IMG/VR virus record: IMGVR_UViG_3300044210_000025
Span: 1-45,496 of that record
Strand: one strand, 5' to 3'
Source: a virus
Lineage: Duplodnaviria > Caudoviricetes
DNA length: 45,496 nt
The notes beneath the pieces were generated by a model that was not told where the DNA came from, searched no databases, and saw nothing but the letters and a program-made list of their open reading frames with translations. Of this stretch, positions 1-9,153 are shown in pieces. How positions within the stretch are numbered: position 1 is the first letter of the stretch; each line of letters begins with the position of its first letter. A program made the position numbers and the translations under genes.

Positions 1-196
1 CCGGAAAGGCCGGCTCCGCTGAAAATGTCGTCAAAACCGAATGCCATGGTTATGCCCCCAAGGTTTCGAATTCCTCTTGAGCTGAGACGAAGGAGAACCC
101 ATCGCTTCCAGCGTACTGCAATTTCCACTGACGAGCGCGATAAACGCCCAACGACCGAACCTGCTCGCACGGCTGTGGGCTCGGCGAGATCGGAAT
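1..196. repeat. Terminal direct repeat, left copy (circular assembly overlap)
   Basis: Identical to 45301-45496 except at 128 (c vs t) and 134 (a vs g). Confidence 0.97.
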
Positions 197-1516
197 GTCT
201 GCCACGTGCTCCCACACTCCAAGGTCGTCACGCATCCAAAGTCGTGCGAACGCTGATGTCGCTACCCTGAACAGGGAGCGGCGAAAGTTCAGCATCAGCG
301 TGTTGCACGCTTTTTGCGCCGTGGACCCGTGTGTAGTGAACCCGCTCACTAACTCGATCACGATTGGGTTCCCGAGGTCTGTCACGGCATCCTCGTCAAG
401 CTGCGCAATCGAACCATCCGACAGTCCTACCAGGAAGGCGTCCTGCTCGGCCCAGTGGTAGGCCGACGTGATGGTCACCGGAGTCGCCCCGGCGTTCCAG
501 GCCCGCCACTCTGACCAGTTTCCGCTGTTCGCGCTCCAGATGAGACCCTTACCCTCGCTTGGGAACATGAACACGAGGCAGTCGAATCGCCCGAATCGCA
601 TGCGAAACGCCCACGCGTCGTCGATGTCTCCGAAGTCCAGTAGCTCCTTGGCTATCTGCTTGGAAATGTCGTTGTAACTTCGCGCGTCAGTCACAACGAT
701 GCGTCGAAACCTGTCGAGCACGGCCCACGTGTCGTCGGTCGCGCAGAATGCGTTCCGAGATCCAAGCCCGAGGTTCATCGTGCGCGCGGGCGCGAAGTCC
801 AAGATGTTGTTCGCGTCATTGGCATCAACGGCGAGGTTTGCCGGCGCGTAGACCTGGATAGTTTCGGTACCGAACGCATAAACCTCGTTCGTGTTGTCGC
901 CCATCGCGACAATCGGGTCTGGCTTCGCCGCCGCCTGGATGTACGAAGCTCCACCCGTCGCCATGTCCCAGTTCTCGTACTCCTCGAGCGGACCCGTCCA
1001 CCAAAGTTGACCCGTTTTGCCAGTGATGGCGGCGACGAGGCGCTGGGCGATCCCGCAGATGTGATTCGCTTCTGGAGGGTCACCTCCTGCGCCAGTGTTG
1101 GTCAGGCGCGCAGACAGCCCAGACCCAGTCCACTTCTGCATGGCTCCTCCGCCGGCAATCACGACCATCTCTCGTCCGGCCACGAAGCTCGGCCGCTCCC
1201 CTCCATCCAGTCGAGTCGTGATGTCGTTCGCGTCGGTCAGAGCGATCGGGTCACCAAGCGTCGGCAGAGCCCAGATATTTCTGTCCTGCGTTACGTAAAT
1301 CAGATATTGCCCCCATCCGACCATACCGATGACTGGACTTCCCGAAGCCAACGTCGCGTTGAACCCGCTCCAAGCCGCGATTCCTGGTCGGGCGCGAACT
1401 GACCCTGCCATGTCAACGACAACGTTGGTCGCTACCGGCATGGACCCGCCGAGCTCGTCAGACGAAACGTCCTGCGAGGCCGAGAAGATGACTGGTTGGA
1501 CCTGCGTCTCTCCCAT
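50..1516 (-). CDS. Tail hub / packaged-DNA stabilization protein, P22 gp10-like
   Basis: 488 aa, beta-rich; motifs resembling gp10 (PDPIVAM, VYAFGTETIQVY, WMRDDLG, RSLGVYRARQWKL); lies between tailspike and ejection genes. Confidence 0.8.
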   Translation of the reverse strand: MGETQVQPVIFSASQDVSSDELGGSMPVATNVVVDMAGSVRARPGIAAWSGFNATLASGSPVIGMVGWGQYLIYVTQDRNIWALPTLGDPIALTDANDITTRLDGGERPSFVAGREMVVIAGGGAMQKWTGSGLSARLTNTGAGGDPPEANHICGIAQRLVAAITGKTGQLWWTGPLEEYENWDMATGGASYIQAAAKPDPIVAMGDNTNEVYAFGTETIQVYAPANLAVDANDANNILDFAPARTMNLGLGSRNAFCATDDTWAVLDRFRRIVVTDARSYNDISKQIAKELLDFGDIDDAWAFRMRFGRFDCLVFMFPSEGKGLIWSANSGNWSEWRAWNAGATPVTITSAYHWAEQDAFLVGLSDGSIAQLDEDAVTDLGNPIVIELVSGFTTHGSTAQKACNTLMLNFRRSLFRVATSAFARLWMRDDLGVWEHVADIPISPSPQPCEQVRSLGVYRARQWKLQYAGSDGFSFVSAQEEFETLGA

Positions 1517-1519
1517 GGA

Positions 1520-3109
1520 TCACCAGAAGTTTCCCGATCGGGACAACCACGCTGTAACCTGGCACAGTGACACACCGTCGTCGGCGACCATGAACATGGC
1601 CGTGTAGTAGGTTCCCGTCGACAGCGACGCTGGAAGCCCTATGCCCTTCACTACAGAATCGACTGTCAATCCGCTGGACGCCGATGTTGAGCTGTCCATC
1701 TGCACGACGATCATGTACTTGGTAAACGGAGTTAACGTTGGCACACCGTTGAACCCGACGTTGACCGTGGTGACGTTTCCGCCATAGGTGGCCTTGAAGA
1801 CGTTCACGGTCTTCGTCACGTCTATATAGAAGGCAGGCGTGGTAGCGCTGCTTGAAGAGTACGCAGAGCTTGATGCGTCTGCGCCGGACCACGTGTTACC
1901 CCAACTCTGGTATGGAGTGGACACGTAGTTCTCGACGTCGGCCGTGACCGATCCGTAGGTTCGACATCCGACCAACAGCGAAGCGTCACCGTTGGGCCTG
2001 AACCCGGTCCCACACGTGTATGCGTAGCACCGCTTCGTCATGGCTCTTCCAGTCGAGGATTGGAAGAGGAACCCGTACAGGAAAGATTCGGCACGACACC
2101 CAACAGCTTCGGCGTCTGCGTACAGGTCGAATCCACGGCAATACTTCGTGCTGGCGTCCGTGCTGATGGCGTAGCACTCTTCTGCCACGGAGCCAGGCCC
2201 GAGCACGTAGGCGATTCCTGTATGCCCGCTGCTACCCTCCACGCTGGCCGTGCAATTCCTGATGATGCACCTCTCGCTGTCCGAGTAGCTGAGCACGATT
2301 CCAAGACAAGCGGTTACTGCCACCCTTTCGATAGTTCCCTGCTTCCCGGACACGAATCTGATGGCGGCATTGCCGTTTCCGGTGTCATTTCCAAGAACCA
2401 CGGAAAAGTCTCGCAGGAGATACTGACCGTTTGCCACCGTCAGCGTGATCCCATCGATCGCCTCGCTGGTCGACGAAATGATGGAGTTGGCCGGTCCATC
2501 CCCGTAGATGGTGATGGAGCCATTGACGGTCAATCCGACCGTGATGCGGTACGTTCCCTTGGGTAGGTACAGGGGCAGTTTCGCCGCGACGGCTCGGTTG
2601 ATGGCGTTCTGCAGGGCCGTGCTGTCGTTGTTGATGCCGTCGCCGACGGCCCCGTAGTCCTGCGGCGTGATGTGCATACGCAAGACGTCTTTTACGTCAC
2701 GGGCTGTCGCCGACGTGGCATCCTTGTACTTCGCATCGACGCCGATGCTTGTACCGATTGCAGTTAGAACCCCATCGATCGTGGTAGCAGTAAACGAAGC
2801 GTTGCTCACCACGACAAGTGAAGCTGCCTGCTGGGTAGCGTAGACAACCAGGTGCTTGGTGGCTCCCAATGCGTCCGTGACGAGGATTTCCGCCGAGTCC
2901 TTGATGTAGACCTCGGCCTGTCCAGCGGCATTCAGCGACACCGGGGTGTTGGCCGGGTAAGGCGTGGTCTCGGCAGCGTCCTGGTACACCGTCAGGTACA
3001 CCCCCGGAGCCGTCGGGCTGTAGAAGTACGCAAACCCGGACGCAATCGCAGCTCCGGTCGTAGCATCTCGAGCCCCCGCGAACTTCAACCATTGAACAAG
3101 ACTTGCCAT
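1520..3109 (-). CDS. Tailspike with head-binding N-terminus and pectate-lyase-like beta-helix
   Basis: N-terminal TVYQDAAETTPYPANTPVSLNAAGQAEVY; Pectate_lyase_3-type start ITPQDYGAVGDGINNDSTALQNAI...LYLPKGTYRI. Confidence 0.85.
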   Translation of the reverse strand: MASLVQWLKFAGARDATTGAAIASGFAYFYSPTAPGVYLTVYQDAAETTPYPANTPVSLNAAGQAEVYIKDSAEILVTDALGATKHLVVYATQQAASLVVVSNASFTATTIDGVLTAIGTSIGVDAKYKDATSATARDVKDVLRMHITPQDYGAVGDGINNDSTALQNAINRAVAAKLPLYLPKGTYRITVGLTVNGSITIYGDGPANSIISSTSEAIDGITLTVANGQYLLRDFSVVLGNDTGNGNAAIRFVSGKQGTIERVAVTACLGIVLSYSDSERCIIRNCTASVEGSSGHTGIAYVLGPGSVAEECYAISTDASTKYCRGFDLYADAEAVGCRAESFLYGFLFQSSTGRAMTKRCYAYTCGTGFRPNGDASLLVGCRTYGSVTADVENYVSTPYQSWGNTWSGADASSSAYSSSSATTPAFYIDVTKTVNVFKATYGGNVTTVNVGFNGVPTLTPFTKYMIVVQMDSSTSASSGLTVDSVVKGIGLPASLSTGTYYTAMFMVADDGVSLCQVTAWLSRSGNFW

Positions 3110-3112
3110 GTT

Positions 3113-3811
3113 TCACCAATTCCGCGCGCGGTGTCCCACGCGAATGACGATGTCCCCATGCTCGGCGTCTCCGGCCTCGCAACGCTGGCGCATCTCCATG
3201 GCCCTAGCGTGCAGAAGCTGCGAGCGCTCGAACATGCTGTTGTCCATCGCGACGAAAGATGCGATCTCAAGCTTGATGCACTGAATCCACGAGCGCCGGA
3301 CGTCCATCGTAACGGCCCCGGTCTCGCCCCCGTGGACGTACCTCACGCCGTTGTACCGCAGCGCGTATACCGCGTCCGGAACCGGCCAGAGAACCAACTT
3401 CACGGTGGCCTGCTTCTCGAGGAATCCACGCGCTGGCCTACCCTGAATCGTCTTCACGGCCAAAGGAAGGTACTCTTCGCGGCTCATCGTCTTGACGAGC
3501 GTCTCAACCGACGTCGTGTCGTACACCGTTGCGATCGTGTCGTCTTGCCCAAGCTCGACGTCGAAAATCTCCGTAGGCAACGTGTACTCTGCGGTGCCAG
3601 CCACCAGGGCCAGCGTGCGACGTTCAACCTGCTGCTGGAGAACCCCATCTGCCTGCAGGGCACTCATGACTCCATCGAAGTGCTCGGCCGCGTCCGCGTA
3701 TTGCTCCGCCTTCGGTTCCCCTCCTGGTCGCAGGAGTCCGCACAGGCGAATCGCCCCCTTCAGAATCTCGTCGCGTTGAAAGTCCTTGACGTATGTCGTC
3801 GCTACGGTCAT
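3113..3811 (-). CDS. Head-tail adaptor / tail tubular protein (gp4-like)
   Basis: 232 aa; EILKGAIRLCGLL, LVAGTAEYTLP, GRP and LWPVPD motifs; position between head and tail genes. Confidence 0.75.
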   Translation of the reverse strand: MTVATTYVKDFQRDEILKGAIRLCGLLRPGGEPKAEQYADAAEHFDGVMSALQADGVLQQQVERRTLALVAGTAEYTLPTEIFDVELGQDDTIATVYDTTSVETLVKTMSREEYLPLAVKTIQGRPARGFLEKQATVKLVLWPVPDAVYALRYNGVRYVHGGETGAVTMDVRRSWIQCIKLEIASFVAMDNSMFERSQLLHARAMEMRQRCEAGDAEHGDIVIRVGHRARNW

Positions 3812-4035
3812 GGGGCTTCGCGGACCTTTCCTCGAATCGGTGCGATGGTTCCTACGTTCGCGGCCCCGATCTCGTTCAGCTCGCGCACGGTCAGGCCCTT
3901 CTCGGCAGGGCAGCGAAGATATCCGTCTGCATCAAGTCTCATCTCGTGCCGATGGTGCGGGACCCCACAGTAGTCGCAGACGTCCGTCCAGTTGTAGAGC
4001 GGCCCGTGATACTGCTTTCCAATCGTCTGCGACAT
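3808..4035 (-). CDS. Small Cys-containing virion-module protein
   Basis: 75 aa, CDYCG...LRCP; stop overlaps the next start. Confidence 0.7.
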   Translation of the reverse strand: MSQTIGKQYHGPLYNWTDVCDYCGVPHHRHEMRLDADGYLRCPAEKGLTVRELNEIGAANVGTIAPIRGKVREAP

Positions 4036-4043
4036 GGGGCCTC

Positions 4044-4106
4044 AAAAAAAACTCGGGCGGGGGAGCATCGCGGGGGAGTGAAGCCCGTTCCACTCCCCCG
4101 CCCAAA
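4044..4106 (-). terminator. Intrinsic terminator with an alternative competing hairpin
   Basis: Minus-strand GC stem followed by U8 (A-run at 4044-4051), directly after the stop of 4109-5095. Confidence 0.75.
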
Positions 4107-4108
4107 GA

Positions 4109-5095
4109 TTACGTCGAAGCCGTGCCGACCTGGAGTCCGGTCTCGTTGACGTTGTTGACTCCGTAGTTCTGGTACAGCGACAGGTCGCCCGCCCCGTTGA
4201 CCCCGATGTGGGCCACTCCACCGTCGGTTGTCACGCGCAGGCGGTTGTTTGCCACGATGCCGGTGTTGGCAAGGGCCGCCGTGAAGTTGATACACGACGT
4301 GCTCGACGCTTTCCATGCGTAGATGTAGTTTCTCTCGATTCGACATCTCACGCTTGCCGTGGTCAAGCTTCGAATGAGACCCTGCGCCACGCCGACTGTT
4401 ACCTTCATGTAGTTGTCGCTGATGACGACGCCATCTGCGCCAGTTAGCACGATGACGTCGGTGATTTCAGCAGCAACAGCCAGTCCGACGACCTCGTTCC
4501 TGACGAAGTTCACGTTTGTCCCCGTGATGGTCATGAACGTGGTGCAGATCTGGTCAGCGTCAATACCGACGATGAACTGGTTCTCGTCGAGTACGCAACC
4601 TTCACCGCTCACCGTCCACGGGGAAGCCACGGTGAGAGCAACGTTCCCAGCGAGAGGTCCGGCGCACAGGAAGCGGCAGTTCGAAATCCGAACGCCCTTC
4701 TTATTGAGGACCAGCGTCGAAGCCGCCGCACTGAACGTGAACGTCGGGCGCGTGTCACCGACGCCAAGACCCATGATTTGCACGTTGTCGACAAACGCCC
4801 AAGAGGCGGCCGTCGCCAGGTTCTCGGTGTGGCCTGGTAGCACGATGATTCGGTCTCCCCGTCCAGACACGCACTGCCCGAGCGCAAGAGCGACGCTTGG
4901 GTACAGCCCTCCGAACATCTCGGCCTGGCCCATGCGGTTCCAGAGGTCGGAGTAGTAGGTTGGCGAAGTACCATCGCCTCGCACGTAGAAGACATTCCCG
5001 CCCGCCGGCATCACGTAGGCTCCAGCGCACTCGAGCCCCTGCAAAAGCGACGTCGATGTGGGAACGCCGGTCATTCCTGTTAGTCCAATGGTCAT
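4109..5095 (-). CDS. Beta-helix structural protein (possible capsid decoration or fibre)
   Basis: 328 aa; ALGQCVSGRGDRIIVLPGHTE followed by Asn-ladder repeats; directly after the capsid gene. Confidence 0.65.
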   Translation of the reverse strand: MTIGLTGMTGVPTSTSLLQGLECAGAYVMPAGGNVFYVRGDGTSPTYYSDLWNRMGQAEMFGGLYPSVALALGQCVSGRGDRIIVLPGHTENLATAASWAFVDNVQIMGLGVGDTRPTFTFSAAASTLVLNKKGVRISNCRFLCAGPLAGNVALTVASPWTVSGEGCVLDENQFIVGIDADQICTTFMTITGTNVNFVRNEVVGLAVAAEITDVIVLTGADGVVISDNYMKVTVGVAQGLIRSLTTASVRCRIERNYIYAWKASSTSCINFTAALANTGIVANNRLRVTTDGGVAHIGVNGAGDLSLYQNYGVNNVNETGLQVGTAST

Positions 5096-5110
5096 AGCGT
5101 TCTCCTTCGG

Positions 5111-6022
5111 TTAGGTGTTGCCCTGGAGCCAGATTCGTGGATTCGACCACCCGTAAACCAGGCGGTAGATGGCCGCTACGTGCAGCGCGGTGCAGTTGTT
5201 GTCGACCCAGTTTCGCTTTTCGAGCTTGCGCTTCTCGTAGGCCGCCCATCCGTCTTCTGCGTCGGTCGTGAGACCCCACATCGACGTGCTAGCGAAGTCG
5301 AAGTGATAGATCGGCTTGACCTGGAGCTTGTAGCTCCTGACGATGTTGATGTCGTTCCAGTTCGACCCAACGACCTTTTCGGAGCCGAGGATGGTTTTCC
5401 ATACGTCTTCCTGGATGAGCGGGCAAACGATCGCCTCGGGCTTCAACGGCTGCGGTATACCATTCGGGCCGAGCATGATACCAAGCTGAGCCTTGGCATT
5501 GATGAGGGCTGCGATACTCGGGCTCGAGTACGTGGAAAGCACGTTTGAGTAGGTCTGCCCGCTTGGGAGAAGGTGCGAAGCGTACGCGAGCGGAAGACCG
5601 TCGAACCCACCCGGATACGCTGTGTTCGTGCTCTGGATGAGCACCGAAGCAAAATCCACGTCCTGTGTGCGGTACGCGGACGCCATGAGCCGATTTGCCG
5701 CCTGGATCGCCTCCTTGTACTTGTTGTCCTCGAGCGCTTCCTCCGCGATGATGACCTGCTTCGCGTAGGTCTTCGGATAGAAGCGCACTGACCCGCCGAG
5801 CGTGATGGTGTCCTCGGCGATCGGCTCGCCCAGCCCCTTCTCGGTGAAGTACGTCGTTCCTGCGATTTCCAGGTTCTCGACGTAGCCGTCTTCCATGTGC
5901 TCGAGAGAGACAAGGTTGCCCTTCCCGATGCAGACCTGTTTCTTCGACAGGTCGTCGGTGTAGATGTTGTCGATCGTCTTCTTCATCAGGCGATACAGTG
6001 GGTGGGTTGTAATCATGGTCAT
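5111..6022 (-). CDS. Major capsid protein (Mu gpT-like family)
   Basis: 303 aa; KTYAKQVIIAEEALEDNKY, DGLPLAYASHLL, KPEAIVCP, YGWSNPRIW motifs; head-module position. Confidence 0.85.
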   Translation of the reverse strand: MTMITTHPLYRLMKKTIDNIYTDDLSKKQVCIGKGNLVSLEHMEDGYVENLEIAGTTYFTEKGLGEPIAEDTITLGGSVRFYPKTYAKQVIIAEEALEDNKYKEAIQAANRLMASAYRTQDVDFASVLIQSTNTAYPGGFDGLPLAYASHLLPSGQTYSNVLSTYSSPSIAALINAKAQLGIMLGPNGIPQPLKPEAIVCPLIQEDVWKTILGSEKVVGSNWNDINIVRSYKLQVKPIYHFDFASTSMWGLTTDAEDGWAAYEKRKLEKRNWVDNNCTALHVAAIYRLVYGWSNPRIWLQGNT

Positions 6023-6030
6023 TGCCCCCT

Positions 6031-6651
6031 TTACATCGTGGTCCCGTCGCCCTGCTCGTAGACCTCGAAGAGGCCCTTCCAGTATGTCTTGGTAACGTCG
6101 TTGATGGCTCCGGAGGCTCCATACTGCGGAATCTCCCGCAGTATGAGCTGCGCCGTCGAGGCGGCGAACGAGGCGACGGTGCCGGCGGTTGCCCCGCTTT
6201 GTCCGCTAATGGAACTGACGGAGTTGACCACGACGTCGACGCAGTTACCGATAAGGTCAGTGGCAGCCGTTTGCGTTGCCGCCGCCGTCGGAACGTCCAG
6301 CTCGAAAATCTGGTCCTTCACCGGGATGCAGACCACGACGCTGGCAAACGGGTTCTGCTGAGAAGTTGTCCCGGTGTAGGTCGTCGCAGCCGGAAGGAAT
6401 GCCCCCGGACGCATGAACCCATCGCTGCCCCTGTAGCGCTCCACGGAGACCGCGACGTAATCAATCACCTCTCCGGCTGCACTCGCCACGATGCAACCAT
6501 CCGTCCCCGCCTTGCACGGCGACCCTGCGCCGATGGCATTGGTATTGTTGCTCGCGACCACCTTTCTGACGATCGGCATTCCGCCGACCCCGGAGGAACT
6601 GCGGCTCTTGAACCAGCGGAGCCCCCCTTTCTTTGGCTCGAATTGTGCCAT
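6031..6651 (-). CDS. Putative capsid cement / minor head protein
   Basis: 206 aa, Gly/Ala/Thr-rich, immediately upstream of the capsid gene. Confidence 0.55.
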   Translation of the reverse strand: MAQFEPKKGGLRWFKSRSSSGVGGMPIVRKVVASNNTNAIGAGSPCKAGTDGCIVASAAGEVIDYVAVSVERYRGSDGFMRPGAFLPAATTYTGTTSQQNPFASVVVCIPVKDQIFELDVPTAAATQTAATDLIGNCVDVVVNSVSSISGQSGATAGTVASFAASTAQLILREIPQYGASGAINDVTKTYWKGLFEVYEQGDGTTM

Positions 6652-6681
6652 GATGCTTTCCCTTCACCCGAAATCGGGCTG

Positions 6682-7092
6682 TTAGTGACCTTGCCTCTGT
6701 GATCTGTCGTTGCCCCTGACGTGCTCGACAGTCTCTGGATTGTTGGTTTCTCCCTTGCGCGCGACCTGGCTCAGACGCAGTTGGCGCGTGTGCTTTTCAC
6801 GCAGATAAGCCTCGTGCTCGGACCGCGGCTTCCACATCACATATTGCCCCTGAACCATCATCCGGTTGGTACCGTCGATCGCCTTGCGCGCCCCGATGAC
6901 CTTTTCCTTGCAGGACCCAGCGATAAGGTAGCTCCACCCGTTCGACTCGCAGGCAGTTGCTCCGAAAGAATCCTCGTTGGGATTCGCCAGCATGTAGACC
7001 CGATCTGGGTCCTGATTGGTGACCTTCCCCATGGTTTCAGGGGACGCCACCATGGGCTTGGGATCGACTCGTTCTACCGCAGTTTCGCTCAT
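6682..7092 (-). CDS. Hypothetical head-module protein
   Basis: 136 aa; strong SD GAGGAGGAG upstream; first gene after the promoter at 7228-7256. Confidence 0.75.
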   Translation of the reverse strand: MSETAVERVDPKPMVASPETMGKVTNQDPDRVYMLANPNEDSFGATACESNGWSYLIAGSCKEKVIGARKAIDGTNRMMVQGQYVMWKPRSEHEAYLREKHTRQLRLSQVARKGETNNPETVEHVRGNDRSQRQGH

Positions 7093-7124
7093 TTCGCGCG
7101 CTCACTCCTCCTCGCGAGGTTTGC

Positions 7125-7221
7125 GCTCGGTTCCGCTCAGCGTGCGCGAGGGCGCGCCGGGAAAGAGCTTGTGGCCTGCGTGCTCGGTTCCGAACCGGCC
7201 GGCCGTGCCGTGGAAAGAGCT
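7125..7221 (-). promoter_or_regulatory. Capsid-operon 5' leader with two copies of one hairpin motif
   Basis: AGCTCTTTCC...CGGAACCGAGC occurs twice on the minus strand. Confidence 0.55.
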
Positions 7222-7227
7222 ACAACC

Positions 7228-7256
7228 TATTAAGCCACGCTACATTTTTTTGTCAA
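7228..7256 (-). promoter_or_regulatory. Sigma70-type promoter for the capsid operon
   Basis: TTGACA (7256-7251), 17 nt spacer, TTAATA; AT-rich island in a GC-rich genome; -10 is imperfect. Confidence 0.65.
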
Positions 7257-7305
7257 TGTCATAAGTTGTCGTTTCCGAGCTTCCTGGGCGACTCGCCCGG
7301 TAATT

Positions 7306-7345
7306 GCGCACCGCAAGCCCGTGATTCCGATTACTTGCGGTGCGC
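7306..7345. other. Perfect 12-bp inverted repeat after the scaffold gene
   Basis: GCGCACCGCAAG-N16-CTTGCGGTGCGC; no U-tract. Confidence 0.6.
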
Positions 7346-7351
7346 GTGCGC

Positions 7352-8302
7352 TCATTCGTCCTTGCCCTCCCAGTACCCGGTCTTTTCCATCCGCTTGGCC
7401 CACTCGGAGAATTTCTTCTCATCGGACCAGTCCTTTTGCCGAGAGAACATCTCCCTGGCCATCGTCCTCTCTTCGCGCGTGAGGTCGTGTCGAGGTTTTC
7501 CGGCAGAGCGTTCGGTCGCGTCAGCCCGTGTTCCACCGAACCTTGCTTGCTGAGCCTTACTCGGGGCCGGCGCCTGTCGTCGACGCAGGCCGAACTCGTA
7601 GGCAGCGTCTGACAGCGCCTTTTCGTGCGCCTCTGCGACATCGAATGGCTTTCCGGCGGCTTTTGCGCGCATCTGGAGGAACAACGCCCACGCGTAATCT
7701 CGGGCGTTGTCGTTCCCGAACACGTCCGCGTACTTGGCGCGCAGCATCGCCTCGTGTGTGTCTGGTCCTTGGGCAGGCTTGAACTCCTTGAGCGCCGCCT
7801 TCACCCGCCGATCTGCAGTACCCTCCAACAGCTCGCGGTTGAGTTTTTTGTACCTGTCGGTCAGCTCTTTGACCTGCTCCTCGCTGAGCCCTGGCGTGCG
7901 GACCTGGCGCAAAATAATCTCTTGCTCCTTCATGATGCGGTCGAAATCATCCTGCTCATCGCCACCCTGGCGCCTTTCCTGCGCCTGGCTCTGCCCGCCT
8001 TGCCGCATCGACGCCGCCAGTTGCCCAATCGTAGACACCATCTGCTCGAGTTTGTCGTTCAGCGGCCTTGAGAATTCCTTGAAGTGCGCCTCGGCCTCCT
8101 CGCGACGCTGCCGAGCGCGTTTGTCCTTGCGCGAAGGCTGCATTTCGACTGACGTGCGCCCGTTTTCTTCTCTGATCCTGACCTCCGGCTCGTTGTCCTC
8201 CGGAGCATCTTCGCGCTCCTCGCGCTCTTCGGTCGGCTCCTCGGGCTCGCGCCTGCGCAGCTCTTCCTGTCCTTCTTCTGTCGTTTCGTCGTCTGGAAAC
8301 AT
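7352..8302 (-). CDS. Putative scaffolding protein
   Basis: Acidic N-terminus, charged coiled-coil, C-terminal LTREERTMAREM; between portal and capsid; ATG at 8302 after TAAGGAGTGACT. Confidence 0.7.
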   Translation of the reverse strand: MFPDDETTEEGQEELRRREPEEPTEEREEREDAPEDNEPEVRIREENGRTSVEMQPSRKDKRARQRREEAEAHFKEFSRPLNDKLEQMVSTIGQLAASMRQGGQSQAQERRQGGDEQDDFDRIMKEQEIILRQVRTPGLSEEQVKELTDRYKKLNRELLEGTADRRVKAALKEFKPAQGPDTHEAMLRAKYADVFGNDNARDYAWALFLQMRAKAAGKPFDVAEAHEKALSDAAYEFGLRRRQAPAPSKAQQARFGGTRADATERSAGKPRHDLTREERTMAREMFSRQKDWSDEKKFSEWAKRMEKTGYWEGKDE

Positions 8303-8311
8303 AGTCACTCC

Positions 8312-8887
8312 TTAGATGTCATCCGGATGTCTGGTTGGGTCGAACCTTGGGACGCACTCGTCGTCGATGACCAGCTCGTGCTTCCCGTTCTTGACTGCGA
8401 TGCGAACCTTTCCAGCGAGCTTTCGCGCTTCCAGGTCCTCGTCGAGCGTGATGTTCTCTGCCTGCATGAAAAAGAACTCCACGTCCTTTCCATCGCTGGT
8501 CGTGTCAATAGAGAATCGGAATGGCGTCCAACTCGACATCCAAATCATGTCGCCAAGACAGATTCCATGCCCTCTAAGCACATCGGCGGCCACAAGCCCG
8601 GCATCCACCACGATGCCACGCGGACTTCTGAATTCGCGGTATGATTTTGCGGTCTCAGGCATGATAATTTTGCCATCTTGGGCGTAGGTCTCCCTGCTAG
8701 CCGTCTCGCTCGGGACGCGGTAGATGAGGATTGAGTTGAAGCAGCAGGAGCCAGGCCACTTCGGGATGTTGTACTCGCGAACGCGCTTCTCGAGCAACGT
8801 CTGGCTTGGCTTGGTCGCCTCGACGTGCTCACGCACGTACCGATCCACCCCGCAATTCCCCGTGAACTTGTCCATATCCGTCGTCAT
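8312..8887 (-). CDS. GroES-like co-chaperonin
   Basis: GKIIMPETAK...RGIVVDAG...ICLGDMIWM...FFFMQAENI parallels the GroES pattern GIILPETAK...GEVVAVG...VKVGDKVLF...YLILRESDI. Confidence 0.7.
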   Translation of the reverse strand: MTTDMDKFTGNCGVDRYVREHVEATKPSQTLLEKRVREYNIPKWPGSCCFNSILIYRVPSETASRETYAQDGKIIMPETAKSYREFRSPRGIVVDAGLVAADVLRGHGICLGDMIWMSSWTPFRFSIDTTSDGKDVEFFFMQAENITLDEDLEARKLAGKVRIAVKNGKHELVIDDECVPRFDPTRHPDDI

Positions 8888-9132
8888 GACGACCTCCCGA
8901 ACATGATTTCGTCGAGTTCTCGGCGAGCCTGGTACTGGGCGCCGAGCGCGCGAATGTTCTCTGGCTCAATCTTGGTCCGCTGCGCTTCTGCTACGATAAA
9001 CGCAGCTGACGTTTCCATGTCTTGCTGGATGGTGTGTCGCACCTTAATTGTGCATGGATGATTGAGCCACTGCTGGTATTCCCCTTCAGGGATACCGTCC
9101 AACGGATGCGGTAACGTGTTGTTGGTAGCCAT
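8884..9132 (-). CDS. Hypothetical protein
   Basis: 82 aa; SD AAGGAGTGA; stop overlaps next start; follows portal. Confidence 0.75.
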   Translation of the reverse strand: MATNNTLPHPLDGIPEGEYQQWLNHPCTIKVRHTIQQDMETSAAFIVAEAQRTKIEPENIRALGAQYQARRELDEIMFGRSS

Positions 9133-9153
9133 TTTTCACTCCTTTGGTTTCGG

